A stretch of DNA of 64,000 nt from an uncultured bacterium. Its GTDB lineage: Bacteria > Oederibacteriota > Oederibacteriia > Oederibacteriales > Oederibacteriaceae. Position numbers and translations under genes: made by a program. Positions 38,489 through 51,200 of this stretch are shown one piece after another. The stretch covers positions 2,400,001 through 2,464,000 of the forward strand of contig OZ218778.1 in assembly GCA_965112635.1 (NCBI GenBank), read 5' to 3'. Within the stretch, counting starts at the first letter, position 1. The number at the start of each line of letters is the position of its first letter. A model generated the notes under the pieces. It had not been told where the DNA came from, searched no databases, and saw only the letters and a program-made list of their open reading frames with translations.

Positions 38489-39295
38489 ATGGGCCAGCCG
38501 GAAGAACCCAAATGGAATGCGGGAGATTATGCCAAAAATTCCTCGGCCCAGTTGGGCTGGGCCCGGGAGCTTATCGACAAACTTAAGCTCAAGGGAAATG
38601 AATCCATCGTGGACATCGGCAGCGGCGACGGCAAGGTCACGGCCATGCTGGCGCAGGCGGTCCCCGACGGCCTTGTGCTCGGCCTGGATGCCTCAGAGCA
38701 GATGGTCAGCCACGCCGCTGAACAGTTTCCCTCCAGCCAGTATTCCAACCTTTCCTTCACCCGCATGGACGCCCAGGATATCCGGCTGCCCCGGCAGTTC
38801 GACCTGGCCTTTTCCAGCGCCACCCTGCACTGGGTCAAAGACCAATTAAAGGTCCTGGCCGGTGTCAGGGACTGCCTCAAACCAGGCGGAAAACTCCTTT
38901 TCCAGATGGGCGGAGCCGGCAACGCCAAGGACATCATTGACACCATCGCCGGAGAGGTCATACAGCGTCCCCGCTGGAAACCCTACTTTAAAGACATGGT
39001 CTCCCCCTACTTTTTTTACGGCCCTGAAGAATACCGGAACTGGCTGGAACAAAGCGGTTTTAAACCGGTCCGCGTTGAACTGATAGGCAAAGATATGGAG
39101 CAAAACGGCGTGGAAGGATTGAAAGGCTGGCTCAGGACGACTTGGTTCCCTTACATTGACCGGGTGCCCGAGCACCTGCGTGATGCTTTTTTGAACGAGA
39201 TCGTTGGAGCCTATATCAGCGGTTTCCCGCTGGACGCCAAAGGGAACACCCATGTTCACATGGTCCGCTTGGAGGTTGAGGCCCTAGCGCCCTGA
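38489..39295 (+). CDS. Class I SAM-dependent methyltransferase (trans-aconitate methyltransferase-like)
   Basis: WNA.DY..NS..Q, VDIGSGDG and FSSATLHWV motifs. Confidence 0.85.
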   Translation: MGQPEEPKWNAGDYAKNSSAQLGWARELIDKLKLKGNESIVDIGSGDGKVTAMLAQAVPDGLVLGLDASEQMVSHAAEQFPSSQYSNLSFTRMDAQDIRLPRQFDLAFSSATLHWVKDQLKVLAGVRDCLKPGGKLLFQMGGAGNAKDIIDTIAGEVIQRPRWKPYFKDMVSPYFFYGPEEYRNWLEQSGFKPVRVELIGKDMEQNGVEGLKGWLRTTWFPYIDRVPEHLRDAFLNEIVGAYISGFPLDAKGNTHVHMVRLEVEALAP

Positions 39296-39300
39296 GGGAT

Positions 39301-41070
39301 TCAGCAGGCGTCACAAGATATGACCCCGGCACTGGGTAGGTTGACCGTAAATATCCCCTTTTTGAATTCCCTTTTCTCCTCTTTTTGCAACCGGCCCTGG
39401 CAGTCAAATATTCGCATCTTACGCTGGCCCAAATCCTCCGCAAACTCCAGCACCAAATGGTCCTGGCCCGTAGCGTTGATGATCAGCAGTTTGACCGGGA
39501 TTTTTACTCCCAGATTGACGACAAGGCTTTCGCCATATACAGCGACCAGCCGTTTTTTGGCTGTGTCGGCTGTCACCATAGGATAGCCGACTTCTGGATG
39601 CAAAGGTTTGATGTTCCCATCCATCAGCACATCAACATTTTCCCGCCAAAAACTCAGGCACCACCGCACCATATTCAGATGGGCCGGGCTGAGTTTGTCT
39701 AACAGCATAGAAACCTGAGGCACGCCGAACATGGAGTTCAAAAACTGCAGGCTAGCCGCCTCTACCGGGTCGTCGTAATTCCACATCATCGGGTCAGCGT
39801 GCACGGCGGTCTTCCCTACGAGCAAACGGATATCCAGGGTCCGCTGGCGGTTCTGCAAAAGGTCGTAGGGGCAGTCCGCTGCCCGGAACATATTGCCGTA
39901 CTTTCTCATCACGGGGCCCACATATCCCTGCCTGAACTCGACCAAAAGCTCCGGATTGATGCGCTTCACCCGCTCCATTATTTCGGTCATCAGCCGGTCC
40001 GTGGCCTCAGTGACCGCCACAAAGTCCTGGCCTTTCTCGGATTTTTGCACATCTTCATAGCAGGTGGCAAAACTATCCACAAAATCCAGCTTTAGTCCGT
40101 CCAGTTTCCAATCCCTGACCGCATGCTCCAAAGTTCCGGCCAGATATTCCCTGACCTCGGGAAAACGGGGGTCCAGCACTATGGCGTCCCCATTATCCCG
40201 CAAAGCCATATTCTTGAAACGCTGGTAAGCTTTGGTCTTTTTGCCCATCAGGGATATGGAGAACCAGAGCAAATATTTCATTCCCAGCTGGTGGACTTTA
40301 GCCACATGAGCCGCCATGTCCGGGATGCGCTTACTGGAGACCTGCCAGTCGCCGGCAAAAGCATAGCCCCGCTGTTCATCCTCTGTTTCCCAGCCGTCAT
40401 CCATGGTCATGGAATGAAAACCCAGTTCCCTGGCCAAAGCGCACTGCTTTTCTATGCTCGCGGCCGACACAGCCTGGTGAAAACTGTACCAGGTTGAATA
40501 CATAGGCAGTTTGCCGTCAGAGGGCACCTTGCAGGGAGGATAAAGCCCCAGACCAGCCCACCACTCCTGCACTTCCCGCAATGCCTCATAATATGGTATA
40601 TCCCTCGTGTCCAACCGCAACCTGACCTCATAATGATCTATGGCCGGATGAAGTTTGGTAAAAAAGGTTAGCGCACAAATAAACGCGCCGGTCTCTTCAC
40701 GCAACCCGGCTTTCCTTTGTATATAGTGCAGGGCATCCGAACAGGCAAAAGTTAAACGGTTGGCTCCGGTTTGGCTGAATAAACAGCATACCGGCGAAGA
40801 ATCCGCGGCCTCGGACTCCAGGGGCTTATTCCAATCTGTGTAAAGAAAATTATGCACATTGCCCTGGGGCGCCCAAAAACACTGGATATCCTTGCCCGGG
40901 AAAACCCAGTTCAGGGATATAGGTTTAGGCACCTCCGGTTTCGGCGCGGTAAGGGTCAGCGTCACTACCTCCAACCCCGGCTGGACGGTTTTGGCCCTTA
41001 GCTCCGCCTTAAAACCCCCCAACTCCCCCTCTACCCTGACCTCGATATTTCCTGGTTTAATGCTGTTCAT
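39301..41070 (-). CDS. Alpha-galactosidase (GH36)
   Basis: YSTWY, MDDGW, DGLKLDF and FRAADCP motifs. Confidence 0.85.
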   Translation of the reverse strand: MNSIKPGNIEVRVEGELGGFKAELRAKTVQPGLEVVTLTLTAPKPEVPKPISLNWVFPGKDIQCFWAPQGNVHNFLYTDWNKPLESEAADSSPVCCLFSQTGANRLTFACSDALHYIQRKAGLREETGAFICALTFFTKLHPAIDHYEVRLRLDTRDIPYYEALREVQEWWAGLGLYPPCKVPSDGKLPMYSTWYSFHQAVSAASIEKQCALARELGFHSMTMDDGWETEDEQRGYAFAGDWQVSSKRIPDMAAHVAKVHQLGMKYLLWFSISLMGKKTKAYQRFKNMALRDNGDAIVLDPRFPEVREYLAGTLEHAVRDWKLDGLKLDFVDSFATCYEDVQKSEKGQDFVAVTEATDRLMTEIMERVKRINPELLVEFRQGYVGPVMRKYGNMFRAADCPYDLLQNRQRTLDIRLLVGKTAVHADPMMWNYDDPVEAASLQFLNSMFGVPQVSMLLDKLSPAHLNMVRWCLSFWRENVDVLMDGNIKPLHPEVGYPMVTADTAKKRLVAVYGESLVVNLGVKIPVKLLIINATGQDHLVLEFAEDLGQRKMRIFDCQGRLQKEEKREFKKGIFTVNLPSAGVISCDAC

Positions 41071-41104
41071 TTATGACCTCCAATTTTATTTTCCCGTTTT
41101 TGGC

Positions 41105-41854
41105 TCACTTTTTATTCTGCAAATAATTTCCTTTGCCAAAGACCTTTCTTTCCCCAATTAATTTCCCCTTTTTATAGGTGCTTTCAATAAGCACATGACT
41201 TTTGCCAAAAGCCTTTCTTTGTTTAATTAATTCCCCATCTTTATAGGTATTTTCCGTAAGCACATTATTTTGTTTATCATAGGATATTGATACACGCTCT
41301 CTATTTTGTAAATCGGGAAGCAATATGAAATGAGTATTAAAAACTATAGCCGCTAAAAAAAGACACAACAAAATATTCACAACACCAATGATTTTTAAAA
41401 CCCATAAACCAAGGGCCTTGTGCCTATCATTTAGGCCATTTTGTATCCATCCCATCCTTGCCATACTTTTTTCTGAGATTAAAACTAGCCCAAATAAAAA
41501 AACTGATAAAGACAAAATGAAAGAGCCATAAATATGTATTGTACGCGAAAGGGAATCCAATTGATCAGCTTGGCCGTTCATAAATATTTTCAATAATACA
41601 GAGATCAAATCCAATAATCCAAAGATGGTCAAGCAGATACATACCAAAACAAACAGTCTACTGATCTTTTGATTCCTTTGTTTTCGCCTATTTATATATA
41701 CCAATAGAATGATGCCCAAAATAAATACAAAAAAATAAAATAACAACAAAGATAAATTAGAATCAATCGTTAAAAGAAGAACTATCAACGATATGAGCCA
41801 CACGGAGGTTACTCCCCTATGCTTTTCCCAAAGACCTTTCAAATTAAATCCCAT
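41105..41854 (-). CDS. AT-rich hypothetical membrane protein with two 23-aa MORN2/YwqK-like C-terminal repeats
   Basis: About five TM segments; VLTENTYKDGELIKQRKAFGK and VLIESTYKKGKLIGERKVFGK. Confidence 0.55.
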   Translation of the reverse strand: MGFNLKGLWEKHRGVTSVWLISLIVLLLTIDSNLSLLLFYFFVFILGIILLVYINRRKQRNQKISRLFVLVCICLTIFGLLDLISVLLKIFMNGQADQLDSLSRTIHIYGSFILSLSVFLFGLVLISEKSMARMGWIQNGLNDRHKALGLWVLKIIGVVNILLCLFLAAIVFNTHFILLPDLQNRERVSISYDKQNNVLTENTYKDGELIKQRKAFGKSHVLIESTYKKGKLIGERKVFGKGNYLQNKK

Positions 41855-41909
41855 TTTTTACCACCTCTATTTTTGTGTTTTCCATCTCCCCTGCCTGCCC
41901 TATCAGATT

Positions 41910-42047
41910 GTCATTGCGGCTGAATAGTCTGAATGACTATTCAACGGGCAGTTACCGCAGATACTTATAAAGTAGTGCCCCGTCGGAGCGTAAGCGACGA
42001 AGCAATCTGATACTAACCATAGATTGCTTCGCTTTGCTCGCAATGAC
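41910..42047. repeat. GTCATTGCG...CGCAATGAC REP/RPE-like palindromic element with a nested hairpin insertion
   Basis: Terminal inverted repeat GTCATTGCG/CGCAATGAC; internal CGAAGCAATCT/AGATTGCTTCG; nested TGAATAGTC/GACTATTCA. Confidence 0.75.
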
Positions 42048-42266
42048 TTCTTAAAAAAATGCCGCGCACCACTATGCGCGCCCCTATCGTCCGGCTCGTT
42101 TTACTGACACCTGTATTTTAGCAGAAACCTAGCGGGATACCTTGGAGGGCTATTCTTTGACTATTTGCGGGTTTGCGCAAACCTGCAAGTGAGAGAACTA
42201 GATAATTATGGATTATAGGGACTGAAGTAATGGAGGATTTAAAGCAGACGGGTTTTGCTTAGAAGT

Positions 42267-42515
42267 TCACTTGGAGTAGAAATGGGGTGCCAGTTCCTGC
42301 TCTGGGATAAAGCGGGAAGACTGGCGCAGAATGGCCTTTAATGTGCCTGTATCTAATTCTGTATGGTTGGGAATCGTCAGGGTTTGTTTCTCCCCCAATG
42401 AACCTGTTCGCCTCAGTTTGACATGGCTGCCTTTTTGGGCATGGATGGAGAAACCAAATTGGGAAAATATCTGTATGAGTTCTTTTCCGGAAAGTCTTTT
42501 GAGTTTAGGCGACAC
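42267..42515 (-). CDS. hicA: HicA family mRNA interferase toxin
   Basis: GF....QKGSHVKL, TIP.H.EL..GTL.AILRQ. Confidence 0.92.
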   Translation of the reverse strand: MSPKLKRLSGKELIQIFSQFGFSIHAQKGSHVKLRRTGSLGEKQTLTIPNHTELDTGTLKAILRQSSRFIPEQELAPHFYSK

Positions 42516-42735
42516 TAGCGGCAGGTTCCAATTCCATGGTAACTAGCAGATTGGGATTATTGACCAGCCCCATCTCCTGAAGGTTTTCGCCCTCCAGATG
42601 AAGTGCAACGGCCTCCTGAAGATTACGGACCGTTTCATCGATCGTTTTCCCCTGGGTGACTACCGGGATTTCAAGGCATTCCCCCACATAAAATTTCTCA
42701 CCTTTAAAAACATAGGCTTTAATAGTGTGCTGCAT
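42505..42735 (-). CDS. hicB: Short HicB family antitoxin
   Basis: Y..EC.EIPVVTQGKTIDE...NLQEAVALHLE; overlaps the hicA start. Confidence 0.88.
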   Translation of the reverse strand: MQHTIKAYVFKGEKFYVGECLEIPVVTQGKTIDETVRNLQEAVALHLEGENLQEMGLVNNPNLLVTMELEPAASVA

Positions 42736-42805
42736 GATTCCTCCTGTTCCTAATTATACACGGATGAGAATCAAAGTAATACCATTTCCTAACTAATGAA
42801 AAGGC

Positions 42806-45040
<2,235 letters not shown>

Positions 45041-45049
45041 AGAGAGAGG

Positions 45050-45778
45050 TTACCGGGGCGGGCGAGGCGGGGTCAGGACGCACTGGGTGCAGCCCAGCGA
45101 ATCAAATCCCAAAATAACGGCTTTTTTCTTATGGGCGCTGAATTCCACAATACTGCCGGCCTCCAGCTTCCAGTGGTCCGGGTCGTTGTCCGCCAAGCCC
45201 AGGGCCGGGCCGCGGTCTATCTCCATCCGGATGGTATCGGTCTCGCGCAGGACCGCCCAGTGGATGGGGTTGGTGGAATTGACGATGGCCAGGCCCAGGC
45301 CCTGCCGGAAACTGCCCTGGGTCAGGGACCTGAAATAAGCCGTGGACCCGAAGGCCGAAGCCACCACCATGCCGTCCCCGATGATCTCCTCGGCCACATA
45401 CGGCTGGCCGTTGACGTAAAGCCGGAACCGCACGGCCGAAGCCGGCTTGGTGATGTGCACGCCCACTTCGTTCAGGCCGACCTTGCGTTTGCCGTGCCAG
45501 CGCATCTCCACCTTGGGAAAAAGTTGGCGCGGCAGCTTGCCCCTGACCAGGCGGCCCAGGATACTCTCTATGGTGTGCTCCGGGCACGGCAGGCAGTGGT
45601 CCTTGGAGCGAATGGGCACTTTAGGGATGCCGGGATATTTGCATTCAGCGCCGACCAAAGTGCCGTCCCCGCCGTAAGTGATGATGACCTGGGGATTGCT
45701 TTTGACTTCTTTTATCTTAAATTGGGAAAAATAGGCCCTGACTTTCTCTGCCTTTTTGCCCAGTAAAAGCGCACGCAT
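45050..45778 (-). CDS. NAD(+) kinase family protein (short form)
   Basis: GGDGT, LNE and GDGMVVASAFGSTAY motifs. Confidence 0.8.
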   Translation of the reverse strand: MRALLLGKKAEKVRAYFSQFKIKEVKSNPQVIITYGGDGTLVGAECKYPGIPKVPIRSKDHCLPCPEHTIESILGRLVRGKLPRQLFPKVEMRWHGKRKVGLNEVGVHITKPASAVRFRLYVNGQPYVAEEIIGDGMVVASAFGSTAYFRSLTQGSFRQGLGLAIVNSTNPIHWAVLRETDTIRMEIDRGPALGLADNDPDHWKLEAGSIVEFSAHKKKAVILGFDSLGCTQCVLTPPRPPR

Positions 45779-45795
45779 GTTATGTCTCCCCTGTT

Positions 45796-46125
45796 TTAGT
45801 AGTTCCTTCTGGCGGCAAAATTAAAAGAGTAAAAATACTTTTTCCATGACTGTTCCGTGGAGAAAAACTGGTTGCTTCCCGCGAAAAAATCGCACCAGGC
45901 CTCACGGACACGGGCTAATTCTTTTAACCGGCTCTTATTTCTGACATCTCCCATGGTCATATCCATGAGGTCCAGAGAACGCTCAAAAGCCCTTTGCCCG
46001 TAATCTTTGTTCTTATTCCGCCAGCCCAGCGACCGCTCCACTTCACTTCCCACATTCGCCATCTGCTCAACAAAAGAAAGCTGCTGCCATCGGTCCAGAA
46101 CCGCCTGTTGATCCTGCGAGCTCAT
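45796..46125 (-). CDS. Conserved small helical hypothetical protein
   Basis: RW..LSF.EQMANVGSEVER...ELAR.RE...DFF motif; start overlaps the stop of the upstream gene (ATGA). Confidence 0.7.
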   Translation of the reverse strand: MSSQDQQAVLDRWQQLSFVEQMANVGSEVERSLGWRNKNKDYGQRAFERSLDLMDMTMGDVRNKSRLKELARVREAWCDFFAGSNQFFSTEQSWKKYFYSFNFAARRNY

Positions 46126-46463
46126 CTACTGATCCTCTTGTCCACGATCTTTCTTATTTTACCCTGGATATTTATATCATCCACACCCCTGCTGCGATTG
46201 CCCTGGGACGGCCTCAAATTTATCATGGAATCAAACTCAACGAACGCGTCGCCCGGTTGTTCCGGGTACAGATTGACGCCCCAGAGGTCTTGCTGTTGCG
46301 ATCCATCCTGCAAAAGCAAGGCTTCCAGGTCGCTATGCAGCTCACCGTCCAAGGCTACAATCTCCCTTTCCACGTCCACGACCACTTTGACCAGGTCGCC
46401 AAACTTGGCCGACGCCATCTTTTTCAATTCATCCAAAGCCATTGTTTTATCTAATATCTTCAT
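46122..46463 (-). CDS. DUF5674 family protein
   Basis: VKVVVD, ELHSDLE..LL..GS.Q.DLWG.N and DSMINLRP.QGNRSR motifs. Confidence 0.8.
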   Translation of the reverse strand: MKILDKTMALDELKKMASAKFGDLVKVVVDVEREIVALDGELHSDLEALLLQDGSQQQDLWGVNLYPEQPGDAFVEFDSMINLRPSQGNRSRGVDDINIQGKIRKIVDKRISR

Positions 46464-46523
46464 AATAGCCGCGCTCTTTTCTCGCCATGTAATATCTGCG
46501 GAACCATCTTACCATATTACAAA

Positions 46524-47168
46524 TTACGCAAAGCTTTTCCAGTTCATAAAATCTTTATCCCGGTACAGCTTATCCACATCCAGGGCGACACGGACCTCGC
46601 GGCTGCGCAAAAAACCCGCAATGGGTTTCAGCTGCATACCGACGGCCGCCAAAAAATCTCCCTTGAGGCTGGCGATGAACGGCCTACCCTGGCCCTGCAA
46701 TGAATAGGCTCCGGCCTTATCCAAGGGTTCTCCGCTGGCCACATACTGCCTGATGTCCTGTTCGCTCATCTTTTTGAACTCCATTTCAATTTTCTCGGTG
46801 TCCATGGTCGCGGCGCCGCTAATACTGTCCACAACGAACACCGCTGTCCAGATAAGGTGTTTCCTACCCCGCAGCTTGCCCAAAATGGCTACGGCATCCT
46901 CTTTATCCTTGGGCTTGCCCACGGCCTCGCCGTCCAGCTCGATCAGGGTATCGCTGGCAATGATGATGGCTCCGGGAAAATCTTTTTCCACCGAGCCGGC
47001 TTTGGCCAGGGCATAGTCCGCCACCATCTTGCTCACCCGTTGGCTGCTTGTGGCCGGCTCCTCGAACTTCGGGGCTACGACCTCAAAGGGTACGCCCAGC
47101 AGGGACAGGATCTCCCTGCGCCGGGGCGAGGTAGAAGCCAGGATGATCTTCCGGTCAGTTCCGTTCAT
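46524..47168 (-). CDS. maf: Maf family nucleotide pyrophosphatase
   Basis: ILASTSPRR, ASDT, GKP and DKAGAY motifs. Confidence 0.92.
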   Translation of the reverse strand: MNGTDRKIILASTSPRRREILSLLGVPFEVVAPKFEEPATSSQRVSKMVADYALAKAGSVEKDFPGAIIIASDTLIELDGEAVGKPKDKEDAVAILGKLRGRKHLIWTAVFVVDSISGAATMDTEKIEMEFKKMSEQDIRQYVASGEPLDKAGAYSLQGQGRPFIASLKGDFLAAVGMQLKPIAGFLRSREVRVALDVDKLYRDKDFMNWKSFA

Positions 47169-48282
47169 AGAGGGTTTTGTCCTTGAGATAAGGTTTTAAC
47201 AAACCAGCGACTTCGCTACTGCTGTTGGTATGGACCAGCTGAGCCCGCAACTGGCTGGCGCCCTCAAACCCGGAACAATACCAGGCCAGGTGCTTGCGGA
47301 TAGCCGCGAACCTTTGCCTGCCCCTGAATTTTTCAAAAAGTTTTGCCTGCTCCAGGGCTGTTGTCAGCCTCTCGGCCGGGCTCACCCTGGTTTCTTTTAA
47401 GGTGCTAGTCCCCTTTTTACGGAAAGTTTTGAGGCCGCTGAAAACCCAGGGATTGCCCAAAGCAGCCCGGCCTATCATCACCCCGTCCACTCCGGTTTCC
47501 CGCACCCTTTGCCGCGCCTGTCCCAGGGAGTCGATATCGCCGTTACCGAGGATGAGCGTCCCTGACCCCCTGGCCATCCGGACCGCGTCCCCAATGGCTT
47601 GCCAGTCAGCGTCGCCCTTGTAGGCTTGGGCCAAAGTCCTTCCATGGATGGTGATGGCCTGGGGCTTCATCTCCAAAAGGAAAGGAAGCCATTCTTTAAT
47701 GGTGTTCTTTTGGACGCCCAGCCGTGTCTTGACAGAGACAGGGATAAGCCCGGGCTTGGCTTTTTTACGGCGGCTGGCCAGCCACTTTTCCTCGAACCAG
47801 CGTTTTACTTTGGGCTTTTGGTTGAACAGGTTAACTTCGCCGCTGCCTGCCCACTGCTCCACGCCCCTCTTGGTCATTCTGATGATGGCCTGGGCTCTTT
47901 CCGGCTCTTTGATGAGACTGGCGCCGCTTCCTTTGGAAGCAATGCCCCGGGCCGGGCAGCCCATGTTGATGTCCACCCCGTCGAACCCCATGGCGCAGAC
48001 CAGCTGGCTGGCCAGGAAAAAATCCTCGGGTTCATACCCGAAAAGCTGGGCAATGACCGGCCGTTCGCTCTCGTGATAGACCAGGCTTAAGAGTTCGCTT
48101 TCCACGGCATAAAGGATCCCCTTGACGCTGACGAACTCGGTCACCATAAAATCAGGCTTGGCGACGAGGGCCACGATCCTGCGGAAACTGGTGTCCGTGA
48201 TGCCGTCCATGGGCGCCAGTCCCACGAAGGGTTTGGGAAGGGTCTTCCAGAGGTCGGTTGGATTTATGCGGGGAGCGGTCAC
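47155..48282 (-). CDS. dus: tRNA-dihydrouridine synthase family protein
   Basis: LAPMDG.TD, DINMGCP, SVKTRLG, IHGRT and NGDI motifs. Confidence 0.92.
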   Translation of the reverse strand: MTAPRINPTDLWKTLPKPFVGLAPMDGITDTSFRRIVALVAKPDFMVTEFVSVKGILYAVESELLSLVYHESERPVIAQLFGYEPEDFFLASQLVCAMGFDGVDINMGCPARGIASKGSGASLIKEPERAQAIIRMTKRGVEQWAGSGEVNLFNQKPKVKRWFEEKWLASRRKKAKPGLIPVSVKTRLGVQKNTIKEWLPFLLEMKPQAITIHGRTLAQAYKGDADWQAIGDAVRMARGSGTLILGNGDIDSLGQARQRVRETGVDGVMIGRAALGNPWVFSGLKTFRKKGTSTLKETRVSPAERLTTALEQAKLFEKFRGRQRFAAIRKHLAWYCSGFEGASQLRAQLVHTNSSSEVAGLLKPYLKDKTLYERN

Positions 48283-51200
48283 CAGAGCTGTTTGCCGATG
48301 AGGTTTTCCACGGTGCCTTCCAGGTTTTCGTTCTTGGCCTTTTCCTCGATCTGCGCGAACACCGGGGGCAGGAAACCGGCCCTGATCTCATCCAGGAAAG
48401 CCTGGGCCCTGACCTTGGTCTCCTTGTAACTCTCCGGCCGTTTGATGGCAAAGTTGAGCATGGTCACGGCCGCCGGCGTGCTCCTCTCCTGCTGGAGCAG
48501 TCTGGCCATACCCACGCACGCTTCCAGGGTGGCGGGCAAAGACCTGGTGGACCAGGCCATTTTCAAGGCTTCGGGGTAGAATTTTTTGTACTCCAGAAAA
48601 TCCTCTTTGGCGTAGGCGATATCTCCCAAGCCGCACAGGCAGAACGCCTGCCCGGAGCTGTAATTGATCTTCTTGAAGGCGTCCTCGGCCTCGAGGATGA
48701 ACTGTTTGGCGACCGGCAGTTCCCCTTTATCCAGAGTCACGGCCGCCAGGTGCAGGAGGCACCAACCCAAAGACACCTTGTCCTCGGTCCCTTTCAGGAT
48801 GTTGAGACTTTCTTCCAAAAGTTTCTGACCCTCGTCCTTTTTACCCTCCAAAAAAGAGGAATAGCCGATATTATCAAGCACCCACCCCTCTTCCCAGGAA
48901 TGGTCGATGGTCCTGAAAGTGTCCAGGCTGTTGAGGCTGAGCTGTTTGGCCACGCTGTACTCGCCCATAAACCGGGCCAGCTCGCCCAGGGCGTTGAGGC
49001 ACCAGCCCAGGGCCCACTTGGAATTGCGCTTCTTGGCCATCTCCAAACTTTCCAGTAGGCGTTCCTTGGCGGTCGGGAAATCCCCCTTTTCCATGGCCAC
49101 CCGGCTGAGGTGGTTCAGGGCCCACATGGTCCCGTGGGCGTCGTTAGTGTCCTTGAATATTTCCAGGCTGTCGGTATACAGGCGGCTGGCCCTGGCCAGG
49201 TCCTGGTGCAGGGTGATGCCTCCCAAATGGATCTGCGACCAGGCCACGCCCTCCCGGTCGCCCATTTTCTTGAACAGCTCCAGGGCCTCCTCCACCAGGT
49301 TCTGGGCGCCAAGGCTGTTGCCGGTCAGGGTCTCTATCTTGGCCAGCTTGACCAGGGTCTGGGCCAGGTCGCCGTAATTCTTTCCCCGCCGGAAGATGGA
49401 CAGGCCTTCGTTGAGCACGGCTCTGGCTTTTTCCAGCCGCCCCAGGCTGACCAGGAAATTGCCCCGGCCGAAAAGGAGCCTGCCCAGGAACATAGCCTGC
49501 TCCTGGGAAGAGACGCCGGAGGCCCTGGAATGTTTGCGGATGCTTTCCGCGGCCAGGGCCATGGCCTCTTCGCCTTCGGCTTTGAGCGCCCTGCTTTCAA
49601 AATACTTAAAAACCTGCTGGAACATCTTGGACAGTTCTTCGCTTTTGCCTTTCTGGGAAGCCCACTGCCAGGCCTGGACCACATTAGCGGTTTCCTCGGC
49701 CGTCTCCTGGAAAAACTTGTCCTGCTTGGGCCGTTCGGCGTCCGGGACCAAACGGGAGGAGAACATGGCGTAATAGGCACAATGCCGGTCAAAGATATCC
49801 TCGCGTTCTCCCGGGTTTTCTTGCAGGTTTTCCGCGGCAAATCGCCGCAGCAGCTCCGGCATCTCATAACGGCCGGAATCGTCCCGGTATAGCCAGGACT
49901 TTTGCACGAACTGGTTGAGCAGTGGCAGAGTCGTCTGGCAGACGGTCTCGGCGGCCTCCCGGGAAAAACCGTTGCGGAACACGGACAGACGGAGGATATG
50001 CCTTTGCTGTTCCCTGTCCAGACGGTCCCAGGACTCCTCAAAAACGCTCCGCAGGTCCCGGTGCTGGCCGGAGACCGGCTGGCCGCCATAGGACAGGAAA
50101 TCAAAATGGCTTTCCATCTCATGGGCGATCTCCGAGCAGGTCATGGAACGCACCATGGAGGCGGCCATTTCCACCGCCAGGGGCATCCCCTGCACCATCC
50201 GGCATATCTTGGCCACGGCGGCCTGTTCTTTGGCGTTGGGGCTGAAATTGGGCTGGACCCGGCGGGCACATTCTTTAAAAAGGTTGACCGACTCGAAGTT
50301 GACCAGCTCCTGGGTCGTGTTGGGCTGAGGAAAATTCAGGCCGGCAAGCGTGATGAGCCACTCGCCCTGGGTGTTGACCTGCTCGCGGGTCGTGATGACC
50401 ACCTTGAGCTTTTGGGCCATCGCCAGCATATCCAGAATGAGCTTGGATTCCCCCAGGAGACGGTCGAAATGGTCCAGGATCAGGATCATCTCCTTTTCCC
50501 TCAGGTAGGCCAACAGCTGGTCTCTCAGGTTTTCCCAGCTTCTGGGCGCCATCTTGAGGGTGGAAACAATGGACGAAACAAGCTGTTCCCCGTTGCTGAC
50601 AGAGTCCAAAAGCACGTAATAGACGCCGTGGCCGTAATTTTCGATGCGCTCAGCCGCGGCCTGCAAGGCCAGCCTGGTCTTGCCCATGCCCCCGCTGCCC
50701 ACGAGGACCATCAGCCTGCAGCTGGGGTTGTCCAGAAGCTTCAGGGCGTTTTTCATATCCTGGTCCCTGCCGATGAATGGAGTGGTCTGGTAAGGAAGGT
50801 TTTGAGACCGTCCCGACAAAGAGCGCAGGGGCGGAAACTCTTTGTTCTTGAGGTCTGGATGGATAAGGCCGTAAATCTTTTGCGGTTCGCCAAGATCTTT
50901 GAGGAGATGCACGCCCAGGTCCTCGAACACGGCATTGGCCGGAGGCTGGATCTCCTTGACGATAAGCGGACTGACCAGAATCTGGCCGCCCCAGCCCACG
51001 CTTAAAAGCCTGGCGGTGCGGTTGACATCAGGGCCGAAATAGTCCTCGTCCCTGACCTCGGCGATGCCGCCGTGTATGGCCATGCGGATGCGGATGTCGC
51101 CGATTGGTCCCCACGGCTCCTTTTGGAATAGCTTTTGCACCTCAATGGCGCACTGCAGAAGGTCGCCTTTTTCGAACACGGCGAACACCCCGTCTCCGGT

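Noticed and set aside
49902-51005. Long antisense ORFs (for example 367 aa here, 304 aa at 13434, 269 aa at 7755)
   Set aside because: Shadow frames opposite well-supported genes, with no recognisable motifs
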